Origin: an uncultured archaeon
Lineage (GTDB): Archaea > Iainarchaeota > Iainarchaeia > Iainarchaeales > JAAZKV01
DNA length: 32,000 nucleotides
Direction: 5' to 3'
Assembly: GCA_964551375.1 (NCBI GenBank)
Contig: CAZKBG010000001.1
Coordinates: forward strand, 390,001 to 422,000
Under the pieces are notes generated by a model, which worked only from the letters and a program-made list of their open reading frames with translations, did not search any database and was not told the origin of the DNA. The position numbers and the translations under genes are program-made. Each line of letters opens with the position of its first letter. Positions within the stretch are counted from its first letter, which is position 1. Of this stretch, positions 15,929-24,700 are shown in pieces.

Positions 15929-18763
15929 TTATTTTATTATTTGTATTTTTGCTTTTCCTTTTTGCACAGCAACTTCTTTTGAGCCTTCTTTAGCGCTTCC
16001 AAGCACAAGAGTTTTTGCCTGAACAGAGCGTTTAATTTCTGCGCCGAACTGTGAAACTGATTTTTGAACAATCGGATCAGCTGATTCAACAACAATATCA
16101 ACAATATCATTCAGCGTAAGCTTCATTTCTTTTCGCATTTCATTAATCTGCCTTATTACTTCCCTTGAAGCCCCTTCAACAATTAATCTTTCGGTCAAAT
16201 TCAAATCAAGCTCGACTTTTAATTCATCGCCTGATTTAACTTCAACATTTTTAACATTTAATTCATCCATTATCAGAACAAAATATTCTTTCTTTACCCT
16301 CGCGCCGTAAATTATTACTTTACTTAAAGGCTGTTTTACCGCGACACCGCACTTCTTTCTCTCATCAAGAGCTTTTGTAACAACTGCCCTTACTTCATCC
16401 ATTTCTTTTCCAATATTGTCGTCAATTAATGTTTCATTAAAGTGAGGCCATTTTTCAAGATGCACTGAAGCGGGAGTTGCAAAGTTTCCCCCATGCAATG
16501 ACTGGTAAATTTCCTCGGCAATAAACGGAGTTATTGGAGCAATTACTTTTGAAAGAGAATCAAGGGCATACGCGAATGTGTTGATTGCATTCTGCTTTTC
16601 TTTTTTATCCTCGCTTTTGAATCTTTCCCTGCTTCTACGAACATACCAAGTGGATAAATTATCAACATAAGTCAACACTTGCGAGCACACAAGAGTTGTA
16701 TTGTAATCATCCATATTTCTTGTTGAATTTCTGATTAAGGATTCTGTTTCGCTAATCAGCCACTTGTCCAAAATATGCTTTGAGGATTTATCGTCAAATA
16801 CTTTATTTTCTTTCGCAAACAATTCATAAAAGTTTTTGATATTCACAAGCATTGTGATTAACTTTCTGTGAACTTCTTTTACATTATCATCAAGGAAATT
16901 CAAATCCTGCGCGCGCATTAACTGAGAGGACATCAAGTAAAATCTCATCGCATCAGCGCCGTAAGTTTCAAACAATTTATTCGGATCAGTGTAATTGTTT
17001 TTTGATTTGGACATTTTTGCTCCGTCAGCTGCAAGAATTGTTCCTGAAACTACAACGTTTTTGAAGGGAGCCCTGTCCATCAATAGAACGCCAAGAACAT
17101 GCATGTAATAGAACCAAGCTCTTACCTGTGCAATATATTCTGAAATAAAATCCGCAGGATAATTATCTTCCATCCAGGATTCGTTCTCAAACGGATAATG
17201 CTTTGCCGCATAAGGCATGCTTCCTGATTCAAACCAGCAGTCAAGAACTTCAGGAATTCTTGTCATTGATTTAGCGCACTCGCACTTTAAGTGAATGTTA
17301 TCAACAATATGCTTGTGCAAATCAACATCATCAGCCACTTTTTCAATTGCATTCTCCTGCAATTCTTTAATGCTTCCAATAACTTTAATTTTACCGCACT
17401 CGCATCTCCAAACAGGAATTGCAGTCGCCCAAAATCTGTTTCTTGAAATACTCCAGTCAGGAGCTGTTTCTAAAATATACTTAAACCTGCCTTCTTTGAT
17501 TTGAGCGGGGTACCAGTTAATGTCTTTTGCCCTGTCAAGAAGCCTTGGCTTTAATTTTGTAATATCAACAAACCAAGAATCAACTGCATTGTAAATTAGA
17601 GGAGTATCGCATCTGTAACAGAAAGGATAAGAGTGAGTGTATTCTTTTGCCTCAACTAAAAGCCCTCTTGAATACAAATCTTCAATCACATCAGCGTCAA
17701 GTTTTTTGAACCACTTTCCAATCCAAGCAGCTGGACCAAGAACAAGTTTACCGTCTTTTCCAATGTGCTGAACAGCAGGAAGATTGTATTTTTTTATCAT
17801 CTCAAAATCAAAGTCACCGTAAATCGCCATATGAACAATTCCGGTTCCTTCTTCAGCAGTAACTCCGGCAGTTCCGTCAATTACATAATATCCTTTTTTT
17901 CCTTCAGTAGGCAAATCATAAAGCGGCTCATACTCTAAGCCCAGAAGTTCAGTTCCTTTTACTTCTTTAACAAACTCTGAATGCTTGAAATTCTTTTCTA
18001 CCAGTTCCTTTGCTAAAATAAACTTTTTCCCAAACACATCAACCATCACGTAATTTAATTTTGGATTAATCGCAAGCGCAACATTCCCAATCAAAGTCCA
18101 AGGAGTAGTAGTCCAAGCTAGGAGGTATTCGTTTTCTCTTCCCTTAATTTTAAAACCAACAGTTGCAGTTTTTTCTGTAACATCTTTGTATGAATTATCC
18201 ATCTGGATTTCAGAATTTGCAAGAGGAGTCTGGCACCTTGGACAGTACATCAAAATTTTCTTGCCTTCATAAATGTACCCCTCATCAAAAAACCGCTTGA
18301 ACATCCACCAAACAGTTTCCATATAAGTCGTATCCATTGTTTTGTAAGAATCATCAAAATCAATCCACTTCCCCATTGTTCGAACTGTTTTTTTCCATTC
18401 ATTTGCGAAGTACAAAACTTTTGAGCGGCAAAATTCATTAAACTTTGAAACACCCATTACTTCAATTTCCTGCTTATTCCTAACTCCAAGCTCTTTTTCA
18501 GCAATATTTTCAATCGGAAGCCCGTGGCAGTCCCAGCCCCACTTTCTTTCAACCCTAAATCCTTTCATTGTCCAATATCTTGGAAAAACATCTTTGCTTG
18601 TCAAGCCCAAAATGTGCCCGTGATGAGGAACTCCAGTCGCAAAAGGAGGGCCGTCATAGAAAACGTACTGCTTATTTTCAGGGCGCTCGCTTACTGAGCG
18701 TTCAAATGTCTTATTTTTTTCCCAGAACTGGGTGATTTTTTCTTCAAATTCGTTTCGACCCAC
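15929..18763 (-). CDS. ileS: Isoleucyl-tRNA synthetase
   Basis: PPFATGVPHHGHIL (HIGH-type), KMSKSK, and editing-domain TTTPWTL. The start codon is GTG (18761-18763). Confidence 0.95.
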   Translation of the reverse strand: MGRNEFEEKITQFWEKNKTFERSVSERPENKQYVFYDGPPFATGVPHHGHILGLTSKDVFPRYWTMKGFRVERKWGWDCHGLPIENIAEKELGVRNKQEIEVMGVSKFNEFCRSKVLYFANEWKKTVRTMGKWIDFDDSYKTMDTTYMETVWWMFKRFFDEGYIYEGKKILMYCPRCQTPLANSEIQMDNSYKDVTEKTATVGFKIKGRENEYLLAWTTTPWTLIGNVALAINPKLNYVMVDVFGKKFILAKELVEKNFKHSEFVKEVKGTELLGLEYEPLYDLPTEGKKGYYVIDGTAGVTAEEGTGIVHMAIYGDFDFEMIKKYNLPAVQHIGKDGKLVLGPAAWIGKWFKKLDADVIEDLYSRGLLVEAKEYTHSYPFCYRCDTPLIYNAVDSWFVDITKLKPRLLDRAKDINWYPAQIKEGRFKYILETAPDWSISRNRFWATAIPVWRCECGKIKVIGSIKELQENAIEKVADDVDLHKHIVDNIHLKCECAKSMTRIPEVLDCWFESGSMPYAAKHYPFENESWMEDNYPADFISEYIAQVRAWFYYMHVLGVLLMDRAPFKNVVVSGTILAADGAKMSKSKNNYTDPNKLFETYGADAMRFYLMSSQLMRAQDLNFLDDNVKEVHRKLITMLVNIKNFYELFAKENKVFDDKSSKHILDKWLISETESLIRNSTRNMDDYNTTLVCSQVLTYVDNLSTWYVRRSRERFKSEDKKEKQNAINTFAYALDSLSKVIAPITPFIAEEIYQSLHGGNFATPASVHLEKWPHFNETLIDDNIGKEMDEVRAVVTKALDERKKCGVAVKQPLSKVIIYGARVKKEYFVLIMDELNVKNVEVKSGDELKVELDLNLTERLIVEGASREVIRQINEMRKEMKLTLNDIVDIVVESADPIVQKSVSQFGAEIKRSVQAKTLVLGSAKEGSKEVAVQKGKAKIQIIK

Positions 18764-18793
18764 AAAATCACTAACTAATTTGTTAAACTTAAA

Positions 18794-18868
18794 TGGTCGC
18801 TAGCGGATTTGAACCGCTGACCCCTAGTGTATAAGACTAATGCTCTAACCAGGCTGAGCTAAGCGACC
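18794..18868 (-). tRNA. tRNA-Ile (anticodon UAU), no encoded CCA
   Basis: Manual cloverleaf: acceptor GGTCGCT/AGCGACC; D-arm GCTC-AGCCTGGTTA-GAGC; anticodon stem TTAGT/ACTAG with loop CTTATAC; T-arm AGCGG-TTCAAAT-CCGCT; discriminator A. Confidence 0.85.
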
Positions 18869-19070
18869 TTACTAATTTTAACTCCGCTTTGCGGGGCTAA
18901 AACATGCCCATATAGTTTACACTAACTTAAAATGAATGAATCACTTCAAAATTAGAGTACTTGTTCTTATGGCTAATTAATTCAAAGTTGAATGGCAGTC
19001 CGTATGGCCAACCACCCTAAGATTTTATTTGAAGCCATAATAACACTAAAGTAAAGAAGACCGCAAGAGT

Positions 19071-19093
19071 TTAAAAAACTGCCCCCAAGGGCA
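19071..19093 (-). terminator. Hairpin tgccc-ttgg-gggca followed by T6, immediately after the stop of the 19098 gene
   Basis: Minus strand reads tga-tttt-TGCCCTTGGGGGCA-GTTTTTTAAAC. Confidence 0.6.
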
Positions 19094-19097
19094 AAAA

Positions 19098-19766
19098 TCA
19101 CTTCTTCTTTCTAAGCTCTTTAATGATGATTTTTGCTTCACCCTGCATGGCAAGCCCAAAGCTTAGTCCAACAATTAGTGCAAGCGCTAAAATAAAACCG
19201 GCAAATGCAATTAAAAATGCCCATTCAAGCATTTCAGTCGGAAGTCCAATCATCTTAATACCCATAACCACCGCAACATAAACAATCGCAACTTCAACAA
19301 TAAGCCCCGCGATTTTTCTAAATGAATGCGTGGTAAGTTCAATTGCATTTCTAACATATCTTGCGATAATTAATCCAGCAATTATTACCACAACTGCAGC
19401 AATTACAGTAAGACCAAAGTTAATCCAAAACCCAAGCACTTCGCTTATAGTTGACAAACTCACAAGAGAAACTGCCTGTTTTAAAAAAACAAAAAAAACA
19501 TACCACTTCAAAACAGAGCCGCTGATTTCAGTAATTTTTTTATTCCCGATTGAATTTGATAATTTATTTTCAACAATCCAATCATCAAGATGAAATGACC
19601 TTAACAAGCGCACAACAAAAAGTTTTGCAAGCCAGCCGATAATAAAGCCAGCAACAATTAAGATTATTGCGGCAAAAATTAAAGGCAATTGTCCAATAAA
19701 AGCTGAGCTCAACTGCCCAAACGCCCCGAAAACTGCCCCGATAGGATCAGAAACAAAATCCACCAT
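19098..19766 (-). CDS. Polytopic membrane protein (conserved-TM-helix-repeat-like, mechanosensitive-channel-related?)
   Basis: 222-aa ORF with 4-5 hydrophobic helices and a repeated pattern of long helices followed by basic stretches. Functional assignment is weak. Confidence 0.5.
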   Translation of the reverse strand: MVDFVSDPIGAVFGAFGQLSSAFIGQLPLIFAAIILIVAGFIIGWLAKLFVVRLLRSFHLDDWIVENKLSNSIGNKKITEISGSVLKWYVFFVFLKQAVSLVSLSTISEVLGFWINFGLTVIAAVVVIIAGLIIARYVRNAIELTTHSFRKIAGLIVEVAIVYVAVVMGIKMIGLPTEMLEWAFLIAFAGFILALALIVGLSFGLAMQGEAKIIIKELRKKK

Positions 19767-19797
19767 AACAATAACAGGACAGTGAAATGATTTTAAA

Positions 19798-20412
19798 TCA
19801 AACTATTTCCAATAAATCAACAATTATTTTCTTTACATCATCAACTGATGATTTAAGCGCGTCATTTACCACCAAGTAATCAAATTTATTCTCAAGCTTA
19901 AGCTCCTCTTTGGCAGTTTTTAATCTTGTCTCAATAACATCCGCCGAGTCCTTTCCTCTTGCAATTAATCTTTTCTTTAAAACCTCAAGCGAAGGAGCTT
20001 TAATAAAAATAACCACTGAAGAAGGGAAAACTTTTTTCAATGTTTTTGCGCCCTGAATATCAACGCAAATAACAACACTTTTTCCATAGTTAACCATTTC
20101 TTCAACTTCTGAGCGGAGGGAGCCGTAATAATTCCCGTAAACAGTAGCATACTCCAAAAGAGCGCCTTTTTTTAGATACTCCTCAAACTTTTCCTTTGAG
20201 ATGAAATAATAATCAACGCCGTGCTTTTCCCCTTTTCTGGGAGCGCGGGTTGTGCAAGTCACAATTCTTTTGCAAAAAGGCAAATCTCTTAAAACCGCAG
20301 CCATTAAAGTTGATTTTCCTGAGCCGCTTGTTCCAGTGAAAACAAAAAGCAATCCCTTCTTTACAGGCTCTTTCTTTGGAACGGATTTTTCACCATTTGA
20401 CTTTGATTTCAT
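19798..20412 (-). CDS. gmk: Guanylate kinase
   Basis: P-loop GTSGSGKST, TTRAPRKGEKHGVDYYF, YGNYYG. Confidence 0.85.
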   Translation of the reverse strand: MKSKSNGEKSVPKKEPVKKGLLFVFTGTSGSGKSTLMAAVLRDLPFCKRIVTCTTRAPRKGEKHGVDYYFISKEKFEEYLKKGALLEYATVYGNYYGSLRSEVEEMVNYGKSVVICVDIQGAKTLKKVFPSSVVIFIKAPSLEVLKKRLIARGKDSADVIETRLKTAKEELKLENKFDYLVVNDALKSSVDDVKKIIVDLLEIV

Positions 20413-20498
20413 GAATATATGAAAACAGATAAAAAATATAAAGAGTGGTGTGCAAGTTTTGCACCCACAAAAATAGTTAATTTAATTTGAAATGGACT

Positions 20499-22136
20499 TC
20501 ACATGTCCATTCCGTCGCCCATGCCGCCCATTCCAGGACCGCCAGTAGGCATCTTTGCTTTTGAAGAGCCCAAAATGATGTCATCAATTCTTAAAATCAT
20601 TTCAGCAACTTCGCTAGCCGAGTCAATTGCCTGTGTTTTTACCTGCAACGGCTCAAGGCATCTTGCGTTTTTCATGTCCTCGATTTTTCCTTTGTGAACA
20701 TTTACTCCAACGTACTTTCCGCCCTTTTGAGCGTGAGCGCTTCTTAATGTAACAAGAGCATCAATTGGATCCATTCCGGCAGTTTCTGCGAGTGTCCTTG
20801 GTATTACTTCAAGAGCCTCAGCGAATGCCTCAATAGCAAGCTGTTCTCTTCCGCCGATAGTTTTAGCAAATTCTCTTAACTTATGCGCAACTTCTGATTC
20901 GCATGAGCCTGCTCCAACCAAAACTTTTCCCATTTCAATCGCGCTTGAAACCGAGCCGATTGCGTCAACTAAAGCTCTTTCAGCTTCGTCAACTATGTGC
21001 TCTGTTCCGCCTCTGATTAAAATTGAAACGCTTTTTGGATTCTTGCAGTCTTCAACAAAAACCATTGCGTCTCCCGCAACTTTCTTATCATAAACTTTTC
21101 CAGCGTTTCCCAAATCTTTAGCAGAAAGCTCTTTCATGCTGTTTACAATGCTTGCGCCTGTAGCTCTTGCTAATGCATCCATGTCGGATTTTTTTACTCT
21201 TCTAACAGCAATTATTCCTTCTTTTGCTAAAAAGTGCTGAGCAAGGTCGTCAATTCCTTTTTGAGTAATAACAACATTAGCCCCAACTTTCTTAACTTGG
21301 GCAACCATGTCTTTCAACTGCTTTTCTTCAGTGTCAATGAAAGCCTGTAATTGTTCAGGAGTGTTGATTTCAATTTTTGCATCGCTTTCAGGCTCTCTAA
21401 CTTCAAGAGCTAAATCAAGCAAGGCAATTTTTGCATTAGAAATGCTTCTTGGCATTCCAGTATGAACAATTTCCTTGTCAATTACAATACCGCTGATTAA
21501 TTGAGTGTCCTTTAATGACCCGCCTGTTTTCTTTTCAAGTTTTATATTATCTTCATCAATAGTAACTTTCCCATTCTTTTGGTCAGTAACATTTGAAATC
21601 GCATCAACTACTAAATCAGCAAGCTCTTCAGCGGATTCAGCTGATTTTCCAGTGATTGAAGTTAGAGCAATTATTTTTAGCGTTTTTTTGTCATCAAATT
21701 TAACATCATCAGCTGTTTCAGCATAAAACTGTTTAGCTTTTGTAGCAGCCTGCATGTAACCGTTTACAATAATGCTTGGGTGAATTGAATCATCCAAAAG
21801 CTTTTCAGCCTTTTCCAAAAAAGTTCCTGCCAAAATTACAGCAGTAGTAGTTCCGTCTCCGACTTCAGCATCCTGAGTCTTCGCAACATCAACCATCATT
21901 TTTCCAACAGGGTGCTCGATAGCCATTTCGCTCAAAATTGTTGCTCCGTCATTTGAAATAGTAACATCGCCAAGCTCATCAACAATCATTTTGTCCATTC
22001 CCTTAGGACCAAGAGTTGATTTAACCGCCTGCGCAACCGCTCTTGCGATTAAAATATTCATTCTCTGAGCATCTCTCCCTCTTGTTCTTTTAGTTCCCTC
22101 GCTCATGAAAGCGTTTTGTTGTTCCTGTTCAGCCAT
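20499..22136 (-). CDS. ths: Thermosome subunit (group II chaperonin)
   Basis: [15 protein letters not shown], and C-terminal [14 protein letters not shown] tail. ORF track starts at 22172, but MAEQEQQ at 22134-22136 is preceded by GGAGGGTGA (22141-22149) and fits thermosome N-termini. Confidence 0.95.
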   Translation of the reverse strand: MAEQEQQNAFMSEGTKRTRGRDAQRMNILIARAVAQAVKSTLGPKGMDKMIVDELGDVTISNDGATILSEMAIEHPVGKMMVDVAKTQDAEVGDGTTTAVILAGTFLEKAEKLLDDSIHPSIIVNGYMQAATKAKQFYAETADDVKFDDKKTLKIIALTSITGKSAESAEELADLVVDAISNVTDQKNGKVTIDEDNIKLEKKTGGSLKDTQLISGIVIDKEIVHTGMPRSISNAKIALLDLALEVREPESDAKIEINTPEQLQAFIDTEEKQLKDMVAQVKKVGANVVITQKGIDDLAQHFLAKEGIIAVRRVKKSDMDALARATGASIVNSMKELSAKDLGNAGKVYDKKVAGDAMVFVEDCKNPKSVSILIRGGTEHIVDEAERALVDAIGSVSSAIEMGKVLVGAGSCESEVAHKLREFAKTIGGREQLAIEAFAEALEVIPRTLAETAGMDPIDALVTLRSAHAQKGGKYVGVNVHKGKIEDMKNARCLEPLQVKTQAIDSASEVAEMILRIDDIILGSSKAKMPTGGPGMGGMGDGMDM

Positions 22137-22158
22137 ACACTCACCCTCCAAAATAAAC

Positions 22159-22176
22159 CTAAATGACTTCATTTAG
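22159..22176. promoter_or_regulatory. 18-bp palindrome CTAAATGA-nn-TCATTTAG between the TATA-like box (22180-22188) and the thermosome SD/ATG; candidate stress-regulator operator
   Basis: Perfect 8-bp inverted arms read directly. Position fits an operator between TATA and TSS. Confidence 0.45.
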
Positions 22177-22280
22177 CCAAAATATAATCAGTCAATACTT
22201 AAGTAAAAGTCATAAAAAAGGAATAAAAAGGTTGCTGTACAGGGGTAAAAGAGATTTATGTTAGGCCAATTTACAGTTCC

Positions 22281-23138
22281 TTAACCGTTCTTGCAGCACC
22301 AAATATCAAGCCTATAAGTCGCATGCGAATGGTTAGGATCATACTCAAAACAACCATTTCTAACTCCATCAGGATTCATTACTCTTTCCAAATAAGTATT
22401 CTCCCCTCCAAGACCAGTTCTTGATGAATTAAAAGCCGTGCACGCACCATCTGAAGCACAACTGTAAATGGTTTCAAGATAAGTTTCTGGAGCGGAGTCA
22501 TCAACCATGTTGCAACTGAAAAGAATTGGATAAGAACTAGGACAATAAAGCACAGCATCCTTGCTCATTGCGGCACCTCTTTTCCAAGTGCACTGCTGGG
22601 TAATCATAAATACTGTTGTCCCAGCAACAGTTTCATCAGCAGCACAAGCCCAAAAAGAACCATTCCACTTTACAACCTGACCGGCAGAACAGGAAGGCAG
22701 AGTAGTCCCAGAATTATCCGATGAGCAAATCCAGGTAGTTCCATTATATTTCAAAACCTGACCATTGGAACAAGAAGGAAGGCTGCCGGCATTATCACTT
22801 CCGCAAACCCAAGCTCCTGATTGCCATTTCAAAACCTGCCCGTCCGAGCAAGAAGGAAGCCCAGTAACTGATACAGAAACCCCTCCGCAAACCCAAGAAT
22901 TTTGAGCACTGCTCCACTTTAACAAATTTCCATCAGCACAGCTGGCAACACTTGTTCCGCCATACTTAGCAAGCAAAACATTATTGCTATCCACTACTGA
23001 TTCAACCCCAACCGCAACCTGTGAAAATTGATGAAACGGACGAGATTGATCAACATTCACCGCGACAGTGAAAATTACTCCAAGAACAAGAACAAAAAAA
23101 ACAATCACTATTTTATCAAAACCGCTAAACGAAACCAT
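22281..23138 (-). CDS. Fibre-like surface protein P1: conserved N-terminal anchor module, 4 Cys-bracketed GQVLKW repeats, Cys-rich C-terminal domain
   Basis: 285-aa ORF. N-terminus [23 protein letters not shown]...PFHQFSQVAVG. Repeats such as LPSCSDGQVLKWQSGAWVCGSDNAG. Confidence 0.8.
   Translation of the reverse strand: MVSFSGFDKIVIVFFVLVLGVIFTVAVNVDQSRPFHQFSQVAVGVESVVDSNNVLLAKYGGTSVASCADGNLLKWSSAQNSWVCGGVSVSVTGLPSCSDGQVLKWQSGAWVCGSDNAGSLPSCSNGQVLKYNGTTWICSSDNSGTTLPSCSAGQVVKWNGSFWACAADETVAGTTVFMITQQCTWKRGAAMSKDAVLYCPSSYPILFSCNMVDDSAPETYLETIYSCASDGACTAFNSSRTGLGGENTYLERVMNPDGVRNGCFEYDPNHSHATYRLDIWCCKNG
22629..22949 (-). repeat. Four tandem ~26-aa coding repeats (CxxGQxLKWxxxxWxC) in P1
   Basis: Cys pairs C67-C84, C97-C112, C123-C138, C150-C165 in my count of the translation. 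Confidence 0.75.
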
Positions 23139-23192
23139 CCAATCAAATCCTAATTAAATAAAAAATACTTTAACTTATCTAAACATTATCAA

Positions 23193-23972
23193 CTATTGCC
23201 CGCAAATAGGAGAAGCGCCAGCAGAATAAGTCCCGCATGTTGAAATCGCTGATGACTGCGTCCAAGTTCCATTAGCATTGCAAGTCTGCCGATAAACATT
23301 CCACCACTGCATTCCAGCGCAAGGAATTTGAGTAAAACAAAAAGTTCCTGCGCTATAAGTTTTTCCATTCCAAGTGCAAGGCGCAACACCAGCAGGACCA
23401 GCAGGGCCAGTTGGACCAACAGGACCTTGAATACCCTGCGCACCAGGAGCACCATTAGATCCGTTAGCTCCGGCAGGACCTTGAATACCCTGCGGACCTT
23501 GAGGACCAGCAGGACCAGGAGGACCAGCAAGCAAATCTCCGCAAATCCAAGCGCTTCCATTATACTTCAAAATCTGCCCGTTAGCGCAAGTTGGCAAAGT
23601 CACACCAGCACCGCCAGCATTATCCGTTCCGCAAGCCCAAACACTTCCATTAACTTTCAAAACCTGCCCATTAACACAAGTCGGCAAACTAACTCCAGCA
23701 CCGCCAGAATTGTCAATCCCGCAAGTCCAGCTCCCGCTAGCGCCGCCGCTCCACTTTAGCACATTTCCGTCTGCGCAATAAACAACCCCTGTTCCCCCAA
23801 ACTTTGCAAGAAGAATATTACTATCCGCTACCGACTCATTCCCAACGGCTATTTGAGAAAATTGATGATATGGTCTTGATGGCTCAACATTTAACGCAGT
23901 AGCAAAAATTACTCCAAGAACAAGAACAAAAAAAATAATTAGAATTTTATCAAAACCGCTTAAAGAAGCCAT
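23193..23972 (-). CDS. Fibre-like surface protein P2: same N-terminal module, 3 GQVLKW repeats, collagen-like triple-helix segment, small 8-Cys C-terminal knob
   Basis: 259-aa ORF. N-terminus [23 protein letters not shown]...[11 protein letters not shown]. Also [25 protein letters not shown] and [22 protein letters not shown]. Confidence 0.85.
   Translation of the reverse strand: MASLSGFDKILIIFFVLVLGVIFATALNVEPSRPYHQFSQIAVGNESVADSNILLAKFGGTGVVYCADGNVLKWSGGASGSWTCGIDNSGGAGVSLPTCVNGQVLKVNGSVWACGTDNAGGAGVTLPTCANGQILKYNGSAWICGDLLAGPPGPAGPQGPQGIQGPAGANGSNGAPGAQGIQGPVGPTGPAGPAGVAPCTWNGKTYSAGTFCFTQIPCAGMQWWNVYRQTCNANGTWTQSSAISTCGTYSAGASPICGQ
23388..23525 (-). repeat. Collagen-like G-X-Y repeat, 15 uninterrupted triplets (aa 150-195 of P2)
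   Basis: [46 protein letters not shown] read from the translation. It generates spurious ORFs in other frames. Confidence 0.85.
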
Positions 23973-24075
23973 GTTTATAGTAAAGCTTTTGATTATTTAA
24001 ATATTAGTTTAGCCAAGCAATAACAAAGTATGCAATAAATACCTAATATTAATTCGTGCTAACCTAAATCAATTA

Positions 24076-24654
24076 ATGAAATTCACAAAAATTAAGCAGA
24101 TTGCAAAAGGATGGAGCTCTTACGTGTGGCTAGTACAGACAGAGAGCGGAAAAGAGCTTGTGCTAAAAGAAGTGCGCGAGAAGAGCCCAAGAAAAGACTT
24201 GGCGGAGAGAGAAGGAAAAATGCTTTTGCTTGCAAACAGAGTCGGCGTTGGCCCAAAAGTCGAAGAAGTTAACTTTGAAGAAAATTATGTTATTATGGAA
24301 CTCGTGAAAGGAAAAAAACTGCTTGACTGGATACTGAGCGAAGAGTTTGAAAAAAACATTGCAAAAGAAGAAGTCTGGGAATTTTTAAAAAAGCTCTACA
24401 AACAACTTCTTTCGCTTGACTCAATTAATTTAAGCCACAATCAGCTCCAAGTCGGAAAAAACATTCTTGTAGTCGAACAAATCGGCAAAAACCTTGAAAG
24501 AGAATTTATCCCAGTGATAATTGATTTTGAAAAAGCGTCAATAAAAGAAAACAACCGCACAAAAAACATAGGACAGATTGAAGCATTCCTCTTTTACAAC
24601 CCTCATTCAATTGTAGCGCAGAAATTTAGAGCCAAGTTTGAAGTCGCGCTCTGA
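24076..24654 (+). CDS. Small Bud32/RIO-like protein-kinase-fold protein with substituted catalytic Asp (possible pseudokinase or ATPase)
   Basis: 192 aa. Gly-rich-loop-like IAKGWSSYVW, VAIK-like LVLKEV, hinge VIMELVKGKKL. The catalytic loop is SHNQLQVGKNILV instead of H-x-D-L-x-x-x-N. DFG-like IIDFEKA. Confidence 0.55.
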   Translation: MKFTKIKQIAKGWSSYVWLVQTESGKELVLKEVREKSPRKDLAEREGKMLLLANRVGVGPKVEEVNFEENYVIMELVKGKKLLDWILSEEFEKNIAKEEVWEFLKKLYKQLLSLDSINLSHNQLQVGKNILVVEQIGKNLEREFIPVIIDFEKASIKENNRTKNIGQIEAFLFYNPHSIVAQKFRAKFEVAL

Positions 24655-24700
24655 AAATTAGAGTTAAGAAGAAATTAAAATTAAAAAGAATTAATGCTGC

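Noticed and set aside
18990-19083. 5S rRNA-like strings in the intergenic region upstream of tRNA-Ile (GGCCAACCACCCUAAG and GAAGACCGCAAGAG, in the 5S order)
   Set aside because: The spacing between the two blocks is about 30 nt too short. Helices II, III and loop C/E cannot be drawn. A UUUUAUUU run would terminate a plus-strand transcript. The 3' part is better explained as the terminator hairpin of the 19098 gene. Worth one cmsearch with the 5S model, but not called.
22137-22172. Upstream extension of the thermosome ORF (MKSFRFILEGEC...), and the analogous extensions 2679-2717 and 26045-26053
   Set aside because: The extensions run through predicted promoter, operator or SD elements. They remove the good start contexts and are not supported by paralog or family N-termini.
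23094-23101. A8/T8 homopolymer tracts in the N-terminal coding region of the fibre genes (also 23928-23935, and A7 at 26001-26007) as slipped-strand phase-variation switches
   Set aside because: The tracts simply encode Phe-Phe in the TM helix. Runs of this length are common throughout this AT-rich sequence. There is no evidence of length heterogeneity from a single assembly. Could be revisited with read-level data.
23189-23759. ORFs 23189..23560 (-) and 23328..23759 (+) inside the P2 gene
   Set aside because: They are alternative-frame artefacts of the GC-rich collagen-like and repeat region, giving L/V-rich and R/T/S-rich nonsense. The 259-aa frame has paralog support.
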